Source of the DNA: Lama glama
Lineage: Eukaryota
Assembly: GCA_028534125.1 (NCBI GenBank)
Contig: CM052832.1
Span: forward strand, 9,488,001-9,552,000
Reading direction: 5' to 3'
Length of the DNA stretch: 64,000 bases
Part shown: positions 26,809 to 39,402 of the stretch, in pieces
Numbering within the stretch: position 1 is the stretch's first letter
How the letters are laid out: every line of letters begins with the position of its first letter
The notes under the pieces: generated by a model
Database searches by the model: none
What the model saw: only the letters and a program-made list of their open reading frames with translations
What the model was told of the DNA's origin: nothing
Made by a program: the position numbers and the translations under genes

Positions 26809-27723
26809 TAGCACATAACTTTCCTTTAACACTGACTCGGTGGCCTTCCTTTCAGTCAATGCCTGATAGAGAAGGTAAATGTCTTTTTCTGTTTGTGGAA
26901 GTGGCGTGATAGGAAAATGAAACTCAAACAAAGCCATCCTTCAGAGTGGTTCATACTTTAACTCAGTAATGCGGATTATGCTAATTTTTATACTGTAAGC
27001 TGGCATTGGAATAATTCTGCTTATATTTCAAAAATTCTAGCTAAGTTTTCACATAGCTCTAATAATTTTTACATGCTAACTGGAGCCCCATGTCCATGAT
27101 GAGCAGCATTAAGGTTTTTTCCTTCAGTTATGATTCATTTGTGCAGCCACTCAGGTCAGCACAGTCTTATGGTTAAGGAAGGCATGGGCTCTGGGGTCAG
27201 CCAGCCAGGTCCAAGCACTGGCGTTACTATCTCTGGGTTCTGTGCCTCAGTTCTTTCATCATAGAATGGAAATAATGGCACCTGTCTCATAAGGTTAGTG
27301 TGAGGATTTATATAAGAAGCAATGTACTAGGCATTGAGGGTACAAATGATTTAAGATACAGCCCTATTCTTAAATGAAAAGAAAAATCCAAAATAATATT
27401 TATCTCACCATGGAACAGACAAAATCTTATATTCTATCTTATAATTTAGTCTTTTGTTACCTTCTGCTTTGGGTGGTTGAATAAGTGTACTGTTTTGATA
27501 CCTTGCTTGCCAGCTGGGTTCCACAGAGCCCTGGCTTTCAGGGATTTGGAAGGAAGGAGGCTTCAGGGCATGCTCCCCTCATCTGATTCAACCAGAGGAA
27601 CTACACTTTTTTTTAAACTGGAATTCTGTTAAGTTTTCATAGAAAAGACTCTGCTGATTTTACCAAGAAAAAATTTCTGCTTTAACAGCATAGTATGCAC
27701 CAATTTCATGTTTGAAATTTTAG

Positions 27724-27816
<93 letters not shown>

Positions 27817-28243
27817 TGACTTGAATTTCTACCTGTTGGAGAGAGAGCTGTCTTGTTTTGATAAAATGCCACCTAGTCCTGGCCCACCAGGTGGAGGGGA
27901 GGACCTGTGATGGGCCTGGAGACAGAGTTGCCACAGTGCTGGCCGCTTAACAGAAAGCTGCCACTGCAGCCCGCATCCTCGCAGAGCCACCTCTGACGTC
28001 TCCCTCCCTCTTAGCAGTTGTCTAGCCACGGGTTCCTCGTAAATTGGTGGTCCCTGGAAATCAGAGGATCAAATAGATTATACATGTGAGAGTGTTTTAT
28101 ATACCATCAAGTTTCCTTCTCTGCTTCAAAGCCCTGTAATAAGATGAGAGGGTAAAAGAAAAAAATCAGAAGGACTTGAGAGAACAGAATTAATAAATCC
28201 AATTTGTGGCTGAAGAGCAGTTAAGTCCACATTTTATTTATAT

Positions 28244-28249
<6 letters not shown>

Positions 28250-28279
<30 letters not shown>

Positions 28280-28509
28280 GGTTGGAAAGGAAAGGTTTCT
28301 TTATTCAGGAGGCTGGGAACTTTTTTTTTTGGTTGGAAAGGAAAGGTTGCTTTATTCAGAAGGCTGGGAACCTGGCCTTGTGTCCAAAAAACCGCCACGA
28401 TTCTGCTTGACCATAAAAATTTAGGAAGTTAATCAGTTAATCATTTGGGCAGGGGGTCAGAGTCATCTTTATCCTCTACTGTGTGCGCACTTTTTCCTGA
28501 TTGGTCATG
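28250..28509 (-). mobile_element. Polyadenylated LTR-derived retrocopy with a tandemly duplicated 3' end in MRPS10 intron 6
   Basis: Two units of poly-T + ggttggaaaggaaaggtt(t/g)ctttattcag(g/a)aggctgggaac (28263-28320, 28321-28371); minus-strand AATAAA about 20 nt before each polyA; LTR-like cctgattggt; degenerate TSD ttatatttttat / ttatgttttttat. Confidence 0.6.
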
Positions 28510-28530
28510 TTATGTTTTTTATCTCTTTAG

Positions 28531-28614
28531 ACAAAATTAGAACAGTTACCAGAACACATCAAGAAGCCAATCTGGGAAACAGTACCAGAGGAAAAAGAAG
28601 AAAGCAAGCCATAA
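28531..28614 (+). CDS. MRPS10: MRPS10 exon 7 CDS; joined exons give 201 aa
   Basis: ctctttag|ACA; TKLEQLPEHIKKPIWETVPEEKEESKP, stop TAA at 28612-28614; exon phases are consistent across all seven exons. Confidence 0.94.
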   Translation, partial: TKLEQLPEHIKKPIWETVPEEKEESKP

Positions 28615-28815
28615 AGTCTCAGACCACTTGTGCCGGGATGTGAAATGAGGGTGGACCAGACAGGCACATGAAGGTGGTGTTGACAAAAATGATCAACAAA
28701 CAGTAAGACTAGAAGAGAGTTTTGAGGCAAACTGAGGACTAGCCCACTTCCCAGATTTCTCTGAGAAGCTGCTCTGGAGAAGCAGGGTTTTCAGCACAGT
28801 TTTATATCTTGTCAG

Positions 28816-28828
28816 AATAAAGATTAAA
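28816..28828 (+). terminator. MRPS10: Candidate MRPS10 polyadenylation signals (AATAAA and ATTAAA) inside an antisense LTR
   Basis: First canonical AATAAA after the stop codon (28816-28821), followed by ATTAAA (28823-28828). Actual use is not shown by sequence alone. Confidence 0.5.
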
Positions 28829-31800
28829 CAAGTCAGAGTTACATTTCTTCAAGGTTTCAAAAAAAAAAAAAAGACCAGCACGTACACAGCAAGTCAGTGT
28901 GGCCTTGGCACCTGGGAAGGGCGTTTTACCATTGAAGGAGGACTGGCATTAGAGTCCCAAAAAGAGGGGCATTTAACTTTTATTTTTAACATGGACAGTC
29001 TTCTCTTCTGGTCAGTGCGCCCTTTACTAAAGCAGATGTACAATATGTGTTTGCTAACAGGCTATTTTATATTTTAGTTAGCATGAAATTCAGCTTAACA
29101 CGTGTAAACCAGAATGACTTACCTGTATCGCAATATGTGAAAATTTCTTTTATCATTTCTTCCCTTCTGATCGTAAATCTTTTGATAGAAAAACATTGAT
29201 CAAAATGTCCCTCGAGATGGGGATGGTCATTGTGGCTGCCCTGGGTCCATCCTGTCCCTCGGTGCTAGGTTTTTTGTTTGTTTGTTTTTGTTTTGTTTTT
29301 TTTAAGGAGTAGAGTTATCTAGTTATCTTTTTGGGAGGAGTAATTAATCAAATGTAATGAATAAAAAGATATATGTGGACAGGGAAGCGTTTTGTAGGCT
29401 ATACTTATTAACCATATTGTCATGTGAACGTTGTACACTGCTTTTAGCAGCGGTAGACTTAAAGCAAACAGTGATAACATGGCAGGAGTGGCTTGATAGC
29501 TGGGAAAATTATGCATATTGTGAAACTAATTACTTGTAAAGCAGAGCAAAAAAATTGCCTGTTCCTGAAGAGAGCCAACTAAACAGGTCATTTAAAGGGT
29601 CAGTTGTTTTTTTTTTTTTTTTTTTTTTTTTCATCTTATAACCGTTTTGCTTTCTGGGAAGTTCTTTCTAGGCACATCTCAGTGTCTACCGAGACATATA
29701 AGTGCAACAAGTAGTATGAGCACTATCACAAATGCTTCCTTGTTGAGTCAGAAAATCTCAGGCAACCCCGTTGTCTAATACTGTTTGGGTGGAGGGATTT
29801 AGGGGTGTCTATGGTGCTGCAGTGCTTTTTGTGGTCTCTGGCTGTTTGACCAGTGGTGGCTGATAGATTTCTGAGCATATTCCTGGCTAGATATACTCCT
29901 GCACTGGGAATTTTGATTCCCAAAAGACTGCCACCAGGTTCCTTGGTCCCCTGCTAGCATAGGTCTTAAGGGGAGAGAAAGGAGGTTCATCCGTTTCCCT
30001 GTGTATAGATAACGCGGTTACATAGTGTCCCAGTAAGCATAAAGCTTCTATTTGCCAGCTGTTAGCACTTACATGCCCATCCCTGGGAAGGTGGATCAAT
30101 TCCAGTACCACGTATGAAGACCAAACCTGGGGGAGCACAAGGGATCCTTCCTACAGTGCGTCATTGCTAGCCTCATTCATGGGGAGCTTTGGTAACCTGG
30201 TACTAAACTATGGGTCATTTCTCTTGCAGGCTTTCTAGAAGCCTTCTACATGGTATTTGATATAAGGGAATTGCTAGGATAATTTACTTGTGTTTTTAAA
30301 GACATTTTCAAATTAAGTAAGGGATAGAGCGAGGGGGGTCCTAGGTTACATTGTCTTCAGTCTTTAAGGACTGAGGATGTATATCAGACAAGGGATGGAC
30401 ATAATCTTTCAGGTTCAGCGTCTTCAATATATTATATCAGAGGGAGGTTGGTCTGGGTGAGTGGTAACATTAGGGACATCTGAAAAGTCAGTGATAAATA
30501 TGAGGGGCCCGTCCTATCCCAGTGGCTATACTTTGTGACAGCTTTACTAAAGAACTTTTTCATCTTGAATATTGAGGCACAAGTGTAGCTAGAAGTAAAA
30601 CAGTACCTTTTGATTGATAGCGAGATGAACGTTTGGTGAACAGTTCAGTTGCACTAATAGCTTGAGTCTTACAGGCCTTGTCTGGGCTCTTGGATTAGCC
30701 GTCTGCCGTAATCGTCTTCTCGTCCTGGCTTGGTAGTGTTGATCTTAGTCAAAGCTGGCTGTCAGGAATAGGGAACAAAGCCCATTCAGGTGGAGGGGCC
30801 TAAGATAAAAGATGTCAATCCATCAGTCTATACTTTCTAATTTGGCAGCACATGACTTAGTCATACCTGATAAGGTCTTTACAGGGTGGCTGCAAAGAAT
30901 CTTTCATGTTTTTTCCAATAAACAAATCTCCCATGGTCCTTAAAGTCTTCATCTCCCAGGAGCTCACTGTGAAGGGAGTTAGCTACTAATTTTTCACTTT
31001 CCTTGTTTTAATAAGACCCTGACAATAATGTAGTAGATCTCCTTGGAGTAAAGTTAGTCCATATATTTCCTCGTCTACTCATATAGGCCATCCTGTTATT
31101 TCAAAAGGAGACACCAATGTTTACCAAAAAGGCATAGATCTAAGGTTCAGAAGCACTAGCAGAAGAGCTTTTGGCCATGGGAGATTAAATGCTTGTGACA
31201 GTTTGCCAATTGCGCTTGATAATGTCATGTCCTTTTTACCAGACCTGAAGATTGGGGAGGATAAATGCAGTGAAAATGCTGCATTGTTGGCCAGATGTTC
31301 TGGATAGATTTGTCCAGTCAGTGACTTACCCCGTCACTGTGTAATTCAGAAGGAATTCCCCAAATAGGAATTATCTTTTTTAATAACAATTTACCTACTG
31401 TTAAAGCCATTGCTCTTCTGTGTGAAAAAGCTTCAATCCAGTGTGAAAACGTGCAGGTCATTACCAAGATATGTTTGTTTCCTTGAGATGGTGGCATTTG
31501 GACAGAGTCCAGTTGCCATACATCAAAAGGTCCCTTAGGAAGAGGAAAGTTAGCCTTGTGACACATGAAGTGACTTTCCAGAATTATATTCAGGACATAC
31601 ATTACAGTGAGCATACACCTTATATGAGCCACCATGGGAAACTTTCCAAACATACGCTGTTTTTCCTATAGAATCATTTTTTTTCAGGTGTCTAGTGACT
31701 TAAGAAATATTTGTGTATATATAATGCTGTAGCAACGGCAGTTGGGCTCCAGCAGGTACTACAGGTTTCTCATCAGGTCCAAACCATATTTGTGTTACAG

Positions 31801-34456
31801 GGTTAAAAATCTCCCCCTTTTGATTGCTGTGTGTTTTTCTTCGGTGGCAATTTTTTGAGCCTGTAGAATAAACTCCCTTTTTGATTTAGCAGGGTTAACA
31901 GAGAGCAGTGGACATTCTCAAGGCTGGACAGAATGATTATTTAAAGCAGCTTGCTTGGCGGCAGCATCAGCAAGCTAATTTCCTTTAGCTTCTATAGTCT
32001 TAGATTTGGAATGCCCTGGTGTTTTAGTTGCTAACTGTTTTGGCAGTTGTACAGCGTTTAATGACTGCAGCCTGTTTTCCATTTTTTCCCCTAGCCTGTC
32101 CCTGAGAGGTTAAAAGGGGGGGGGCACCTCATTGCCATAACATTCCAAAGGCATGATGACGGTCAGTATAAATATTTGCTATCTGCTGTTTAGCTAATTG
32201 ACAAGTTCAAGTTAAAGCAATTAATTTTGCTTGTTGTGTTGACTTAATTTCCGGTAAATAAGAGCTTTCAATTATGTCCGTTGTGGACATGACTGCATAT
32301 CCAGCTTGGTAATGTCCTTGCTCATCTTTTAAGTAGGACCCATCTATAAACCAAGTTATATCTGTATGGTCAGTGGGAATTTCTTGTAAGTCATTTCCAG
32401 GAGCTAGAAGATAAGCCATTAATAAAATGCAGTCATGGTCATTTGAGGGCAACAGTCCTTTCTATAGACCAGTCTAGCACAGAGGCCCTTTTTAAGTGGA
32501 AAATACAAATTCAAGAGTCAGTTCCCTTCAGTTTTACTGTGCATAAGTTAAGAGTACCTGATGAAGGTCCTTCCATCTAAGTTCGAGAGAGTCCTTTAAA
32601 TGGTGTCTTTTCTGGTATTTATAATCTCCTGGGTGCAGGTCATGGGGCATCTGATCCTTATCTAAAGGTAGATTACTGTGATCAGCTTCAGAAACAAGCT
32701 TAGAACATCCTTTTAATAATTAAGTTAAACTTTACAATAATGTGACATACAACAAAGAGGCATCTTGGATGTAGATAAATATCAAACATCAATATCCATA
32801 AAGGTGTATCATTGAAACATAATTTGACTATTTGATAAAAATGAAAATAATTTAGAGAAAAAAATTAAGACTGATTTGTTTACAAAATAAGCCTGGTTTT
32901 AATACATTCGGCCTGATTATTTACATAAGTCTAATTGGTCATATGGGCTCTTTTAAATTTGACTTTGCTGGAACTTTTCGTAAGGCATCTCAAATGCCTT
33001 TTCCTAAAGGCCTCTCAAGGCCAGGAAAGCCATGCCATTAGATTCTACCTGCAGTACCTACAGATTTAGGTGAATTCCTCTCTTCTCCTCCAAAATATCT
33101 TGAGATTCCTAGGAATGTATCTGCCAGGAAGTGGCCTTCATTATTCACTTGGAAAGGCTGCTAGGAACCTGAGAGTCTCCCAATTCTGGAGGGATCAGGT
33201 TGAGAGAAAAAAACAAATGCTTCAATTCTGCTTTCAAAGGTATAATGTACCAAAGTGCTGGAAGTCCTAATTAGCTTAAGGGGAAAGGTTTCCTTATATC
33301 TGGAAAACAGATTAAAAACCAATAATGTTTTAGACAAAAAAAAATCAGAAAAACCATCATATTTACCAGTTCATTTAATCCCATGTAATTGATTCTTGTT
33401 CTGTTTGAGTCCAGTTCTTCCATTAGTTTTGTTGACTTTGCCTGATGATTGAGGATGACAGTGATAATGTTAAGAAATTTGTGAGGTTTTTTTTTTTATT
33501 AAGGCTTGTATAATTTGCCCAGTGAAGTGGGTGTCTTCAACACTGGAGATCGTAGAAGGTATACTCCAAACAGAAAACACATTTTTAAACAGTTTGTCAT
33601 TGTGAGGACATCAGCCTTGCAGCACAGGAAGGCGTTAACTCACCAAATAAAAATTGGGGTTTGCCAGGGAGTCGAGAAGAGCCAAGTGGCCAGCGTGGGT
33701 TTCCCATAGCCCTGTTTACTTCACAGCTGTTGTTTACTATCTTAATTTCTGTCTCAAGACCAGACTGTTGCCTAGGACATCAGATGGCAAAAGTCTAACA
33801 GTGAGGGGTTAATTTTATAGAAGCAGAATCGACTTAACCCACATGTGCCATAATCTTATAAATTCTGTTGTTGTTGCCTTTGCATGAAAGTCAGGGCATT
33901 TCCCTAATACTTGGTTGGGTTCAGTCCCTTTAGTTTGAGCCTCAATTTCGATGACATAACATTTTATGTCAGGACATACAAGATTTCTAGGAATTTCATA
34001 TCATTTTTGGGACATTTGTAATACATATACTTACACAGACGTAAAGGAGACTTAATGTTACCTTTTGTTTGACAGTGCTTCCCATGTAATATAATATACC
34101 AAACAGTCCTAGCTGAAGAATTTTAGATGCCTCAGGGGCCCTCTGAAGCATCCTAAAGTTAGCTAGAGAAAGAAACTTAATCTGTTATCAAAAGCAGCAT
34201 TCTAAGAAAACTTTGTTCTCAGCAGAGAGAGCCAAATTCCAGCCTTGTGTTAGCTTACTACTAATATCTAACTAAATTCAATCTAATCTTAATCAACCCT
34301 GACCATGTACAAAATTGTTTTAAGGTTCCATTTTCATAAAATTTCTGTGACTTTCTGTATCCATATTAATTTAGCCCTAATTTTTTCCCATCCATAAACA
34401 ACCAGCTCTAGTACAAAATTATTTTTCCCCCTCAATAAAAATATCTGCATTCTTAT

Positions 34457-34690
34457 AAATTGGAAGTTAGAGATTTGCAGATACTAATATATGTATATAA
34501 TAAACAACAAGTTTGTACTGTATTACTCATGGAACTATATTCAATATCTTGTATTAACTTATAGTGAAAAAGAATATTAAAATGAATATATGTATGTTCA
34601 TGTATGATAGAAATATTGTGCTATACACCAGAAATTGACACATTATGAACTGACTATATTTCAATAAAAATGTTTATATATACAAAAAAA
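34457..34690 (+). mobile_element. L1 3'-end fragment inserted in provirus A
   Basis: Same 3'UTR motifs as the other young L1 ends (gaatatatgtatgttcatgtat, gactatatttcaataaa) and an A-rich tail. Confidence 0.7.
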
Positions 34691-37370
34691 CCTCCATTCT
34701 TTATACCTTTTGCCAACATATATCCTTCTTGGTTTACACACTGAAATGCTTTATTATTTCTAGTAGCTTTAAATATGTATTAACAATTTTTAACCCTTAA
34801 AAAACCTTAATCTCTAATAAAAATCAAGAAGCAAGCAATTTTGAGTTGTTTGTTATACCAGCATTTTCTCATTAGCAAACTCACAAATATTTCCATAACC
34901 TCTAAAAACATTTTTCTCATAGCATAATTTCTTTTTTAATGTGGTACAAGATGTGTGCCCCTTAAACCCAAACATCTTTAGTTTTTGTCTAAAGACATAA
35001 ATTTAGACTGCTTAGCAATGAATGTTACAGTATTTTTATCTTAATTGGAAATATCTGGATATTCAGTGAATTCCCATCACTTAATTTAGCAAAACTCAAG
35101 TTTCAAATTACGAAACATCTGGAGAAACCATTTTTAGGCAGACATATCAAAAAACAATCAATTTTAAAGAGTTTACCTAAGAACTTTTAGGTCTCTATTT
35201 CATGACTTACGAAAATATCATACCAAGTTAATTTTCTTGCTGACAGATTTTGTAACAGAGATAACATGAACTTAATGACTTTTAGTAAACCTAGGAAAAA
35301 TAAAAGTATTATACTTAATGTTGATGACCGTAAAGACATGTCTGCATTAATCAAACCAACAACTTAGGTTTGTTTTCATTTATTAAAGATTAAACCTAGA
35401 TCATGCGATCCGTTAAAATTTGGATTTTTTGTTACATTTAGAATTTGTTAAAGTACTTACTTTAAAGTCAGTTGAATAGAGCTCTTTTAACTAATTCATA
35501 CTGATAATGTCATCCAGAGGTAGAAACATACCACATTTATAACATGTAACAGACATCCAGATAGGCACAGAGATCTAGTTTTCCTGCTTGAGATTAAAAG
35601 GATTTTTTTTTTTTTTAGGTTTTAGATTCTGTTCATTGAGCCAAGGCTATAGTCTCAGGCAATATGGATGGGCTGCGTTTGCATTTCAAAGACGCAATAA
35701 GAGTTACAGCTTTTCTTTGTCTCCTAGGAATACTTGTCTCTCTCAGGATCAGAATTTTGAAAAGATGTTTTATCAAGTCAGCTGTATTTGCTTGTGCATG
35801 CAAAAATCTGTTTTGGAATGTCAAAAAAAGCTTCATCCTGGCCATTTTAGGGTTAGATAAGTACTTGCAGGTATTGGCTCCATCCCAGTTGAAGCCGGAG
35901 TTCCAGTGGGCAGCTGCCTGTCTGGGGGCTGGGAGCCTTTAGAAACACAGTCTCCCACTTTTAGTTTCACGTTATTATAAAATGCAAATCTAAAATTAAA
36001 TTTAGGTATTTGGATTTCCAATTTTAAGCCACATTAAAAAAAAAAAAAAAGTCAACCCAGTTCACTCCAAAATTCCTTCCGGGCCGTCCTGCCTGCTAAT
36101 TCCCTTTAAGTCCCTTGCCTAGAAGTTCTCCCTAGGTCCTCTGCCTAGGAAGTATACCAGTACCCTCCTAAGACTCCATAATATGTCTTAAGATAACATT
36201 TCATATAAAAGTTGTGGACTATCACTTAATGCAAGGAGATCTGGATATTAGGGAAGACTCACCGAATCACCTGAAAGGTGCTATGAAGCCGGAGGGGCCC
36301 GAGGGGCCTGTGCTTGGTACCGAGCACCAGTCTGAAGTAGACTCCAGGAGACCTCAGATGGGTTTTTCTAATATTCTGCCAACTATGCCAAGTAATGTTG
36401 ACAAAAATAATCTATAAACAATAATAAGAATAGAAAAGAGTTTTATTTGAGCCAGACTGAGGACTAACCTGGAAGCCTGCTTTCCAGGTTTCTCTGAGAA
36501 GCTGCTCTGGAGAAGCAGGGTTTTCAGCACAGTTTTGTATCTTGTCAGGAAAAAAACATTAAATAAGTCAGGGTTACATTTCTTCAAGATTTCAAAAAAA
36601 AAAACAAACAGCGGCATGTACACAGTGAGTCACTATGGTCTTGGCAACTGGGAAGGGAGTCTTATCAAAGGAGGACCAGTATTAGTGTCTCAGGAAGAGG
36701 GGCATTTAATCTTTATTTTTAATATGGACGGTCTTTACTTCTGGTCATTGTGCCCTTTAATAATCAAAGCAGATGTACAATGCATATTTGTGAGGCCACA
36801 AAAAGGTATATCTTAGCATAAAATCTAAGTTAACTCAAGTATAAGCCAGAATGACTTCCCTGTATCTCAATTATGTGAAAAAATCTTTTTTCACATTTCA
36901 AACACTTACTATGGAAAAATTTAAACATACATAGAAGTATAAAGGTATAGAGGTTGGTATAATTTAAACATATATAAAAGTATAGAGATTATTATATGCT
37001 TATTAAGTCCCTATATACCCATCACCCAGCTTCAGTAGTACCAAATCATGGCCAATCTTGTTTCATTGACTCTACTACCTCCTCTCTCTGTTTATTATGC
37101 TGAAACTATCCCAGACATATCATTTCATTATAAACATTTCAATGTATATGTAAAAAATGATGACTCAAATTTTAAAAATAGAAACACCATGTCCATATCT
37201 AAGGCATTTAGGCAAGAAAATGGAATAAAGGACATACATGTTGGAAAGGGAGAAACAAACTACCTCTACTTGTAGGTGACATTCTATATAGAAAGCTCTA
37301 AGGAATCCATAAAAAAAAATCTACGTAAGTGCAGTAATTTCATGCGGAATTTCACATAGAAATTCAAGAG

Positions 37371-37509
37371 CGGGGAGGGTATAGCTCAAGTGGTGGAGCG
37401 CATGCTTGGCATGCATGAGGTCCTGGGTTCAATCCCCGGTACCACCATTAAATAAATAAATAAACCTAATTACCTCTGGCTCCACCCCCCCAAATAATAA
37501 TAAAAAAAA
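37371..37509 (+). mobile_element. Vic-1-like SINE
   Basis: Intact A and B boxes; perfect TSD agaaattcaagag at 37358-37370 and 37510-37522. Confidence 0.9.
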
Positions 37510-39066
37510 AGAAATTCAAGAGAACCAGAATAGGCAAAACAGCCTTGAAAAAGATGACTTGTTGGAAGACTCACAGTTCCTGACCTCAAAAATTACTACA
37601 AAGCTGCAATAATTGAGACCATGTGGGGTAGGCATAAGGACAGGAAAATAGATCAGTGGAATAGAAGAGTCCAAAAATGAAACTGCACATTTATGGTCAA
37701 TGATGTCTGACAATAACTTCAAGGAAATTCTATGGGAAAAGAATAATTTTTTTCGACAAATGATGCTTAGACAATTAAGTATCCACATGAAAAAGAATGA
37801 AGGTGGACCCCTACCTCAGACCATATTCAAAAATTAGCTCAAAGTGGATACAAGAGCTAAAACTATAAAATTTATAGAATGATATGGAAAAATCACTGGA
37901 TTGGGCAATAGTTTAGATATGATATCAAAAGCACAAGGAACAAAAGAAAAAAAATTTGACATCAAAATTTAAAACTTCGGTGCTTCTAAGGACACAAGAA
38001 AATGATAAGACAATTCACAGAATGGGAGAAAATTTTTGCAGATTATGTATCTGATAAGGGAGTTGTATTTAGAATATATGAAGAACTATTATAATTCAAT
38101 AATAAAAAGCCAAACCATTTTTTAAAATGGGCAGAGGGTGTGAATAGACATTCCTTCAAAGATATCCACAAGGCCAATAAGCATATTTTCCATCAGAAAA
38201 TGCAATTCAAAATGAAAATGAGATACCACACACAATTAGACAATTATAATCAAAAAGATAATAATAAGTAATATTAAGGATGTAGAAACACATTGGAACC
38301 CTCATACATTGCTGTCAAATGTCAGATGGTACGACCACTTCGGAAACAGTCTGATAGCTCTTCAAATGATTAAACGTGGTTACCATGTGATCTACCAATT
38401 CCACTTCTAGGTGCATATCCAAGGAAAATGAAAACATTACGTCCTCAGAAAAACTCATACATGAACCTTCATAGAAGTATTATTCATAATAGCCCAAAAC
38501 TGGAAGCTGGAATTTCCACCAATTGAAGGATACTTTAAATGTAGTATATCCAGATAATGGATAATTATATAATTATTTGCAATAAAGATGAACTAAGAAC
38601 CAATACATACTACAACGTGGGTAAAACTTGAAAACATGCTGAGAGAAAACAGTCACAAAGGACCACATATGTGTGATTCTGTTCAGATGAAATGTCCAGA
38701 ATAGGCAAATCTATACAGACAGAAAGTCAATTTGTGGTTACCTGGGGCTGGGAGGTAAGGGTTTTTGGATAGTTACCCTTAAGGAATGCAGGCGTTTTTT
38801 TGTGAAATGTTAAAAATGTTCTAAAGTTGATTGTGGTGGTTGCACAACTCAGTGAATATACTAAAAACCACAGAACTACACTTTAAGTGAATGAATTGTA
38901 TGGTATGTGAATTATATCTCAGTAAAGTTATTTTAACAAACTATAACCATAATACAATTAGCACACCAAAAAATTAATCATTTTCTTAATATCAAATAAC
39001 TAGTCAATGTTCAAATCTCCAGTTGTCTTACAAATGTCATTTTTTGTTTATAAAAATTGCAATCCA

Positions 39067-39402
39067 TATGTAGAATCTAAAAAAAATTTTTAAATGAACA
39101 TAAATGCAGAACAGAAACTGACTCAGACACAGAATACAAACTTGTGGTTGCCAAGGGGGCGGGGAGTGGGAAGGGACAGACTGGGATTTCAAAATTTGTA
39201 GATGCTGACAGGCATATGCAGAATAGATAAACAAGATTGTACTGTATAGCACAGGGAAATACATACAAGCTCTTGTGGTAACTCACAGTGAAAAAAATGT
39301 GACAATGAATATATGTATGTTCATGTATAATTGAAAAATTGTGCTCTACACTGGAATTTGACACAACATTGCAAAATGACTATAACTCAAAAAAATGTTT
39401 AA
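39067..39402 (+). mobile_element. Young 5'-truncated L1 3' end
   Basis: Perfect 15-bp TSD aaaaattgcaatcca at 39052-39066 and 39403-39417; reverse-complement similarity to 18198-18498. Confidence 0.82.

Larger units (their letters stand above)
28678..36893 (-). mobile_element. Decayed ERV1-class provirus A (two LTRs, tRNA-Ser-type PBS, RNase H and integrase remnants)
   Basis: Related LTRs at 28678-29155 and 36396-36893 (TG...CA); minus-strand PPT at 29156-29168; PBS 36373-36390 attctgccaactatgcca matches the tRNA-Ser 3' end ATCCTGCCGACTACGCCA at 15/18; integrase remnant 31318-31653 (GPFDVWQLD...WIEAF); RNase H remnant 32207-32452 (WFIDGS). Confidence 0.88.

Noticed and set aside
29200..30780. 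Possible env gene in provirus A
   Set aside because: The position fits, but no furin site, ISD or CX6CC motif, or long ORF could be recognised.
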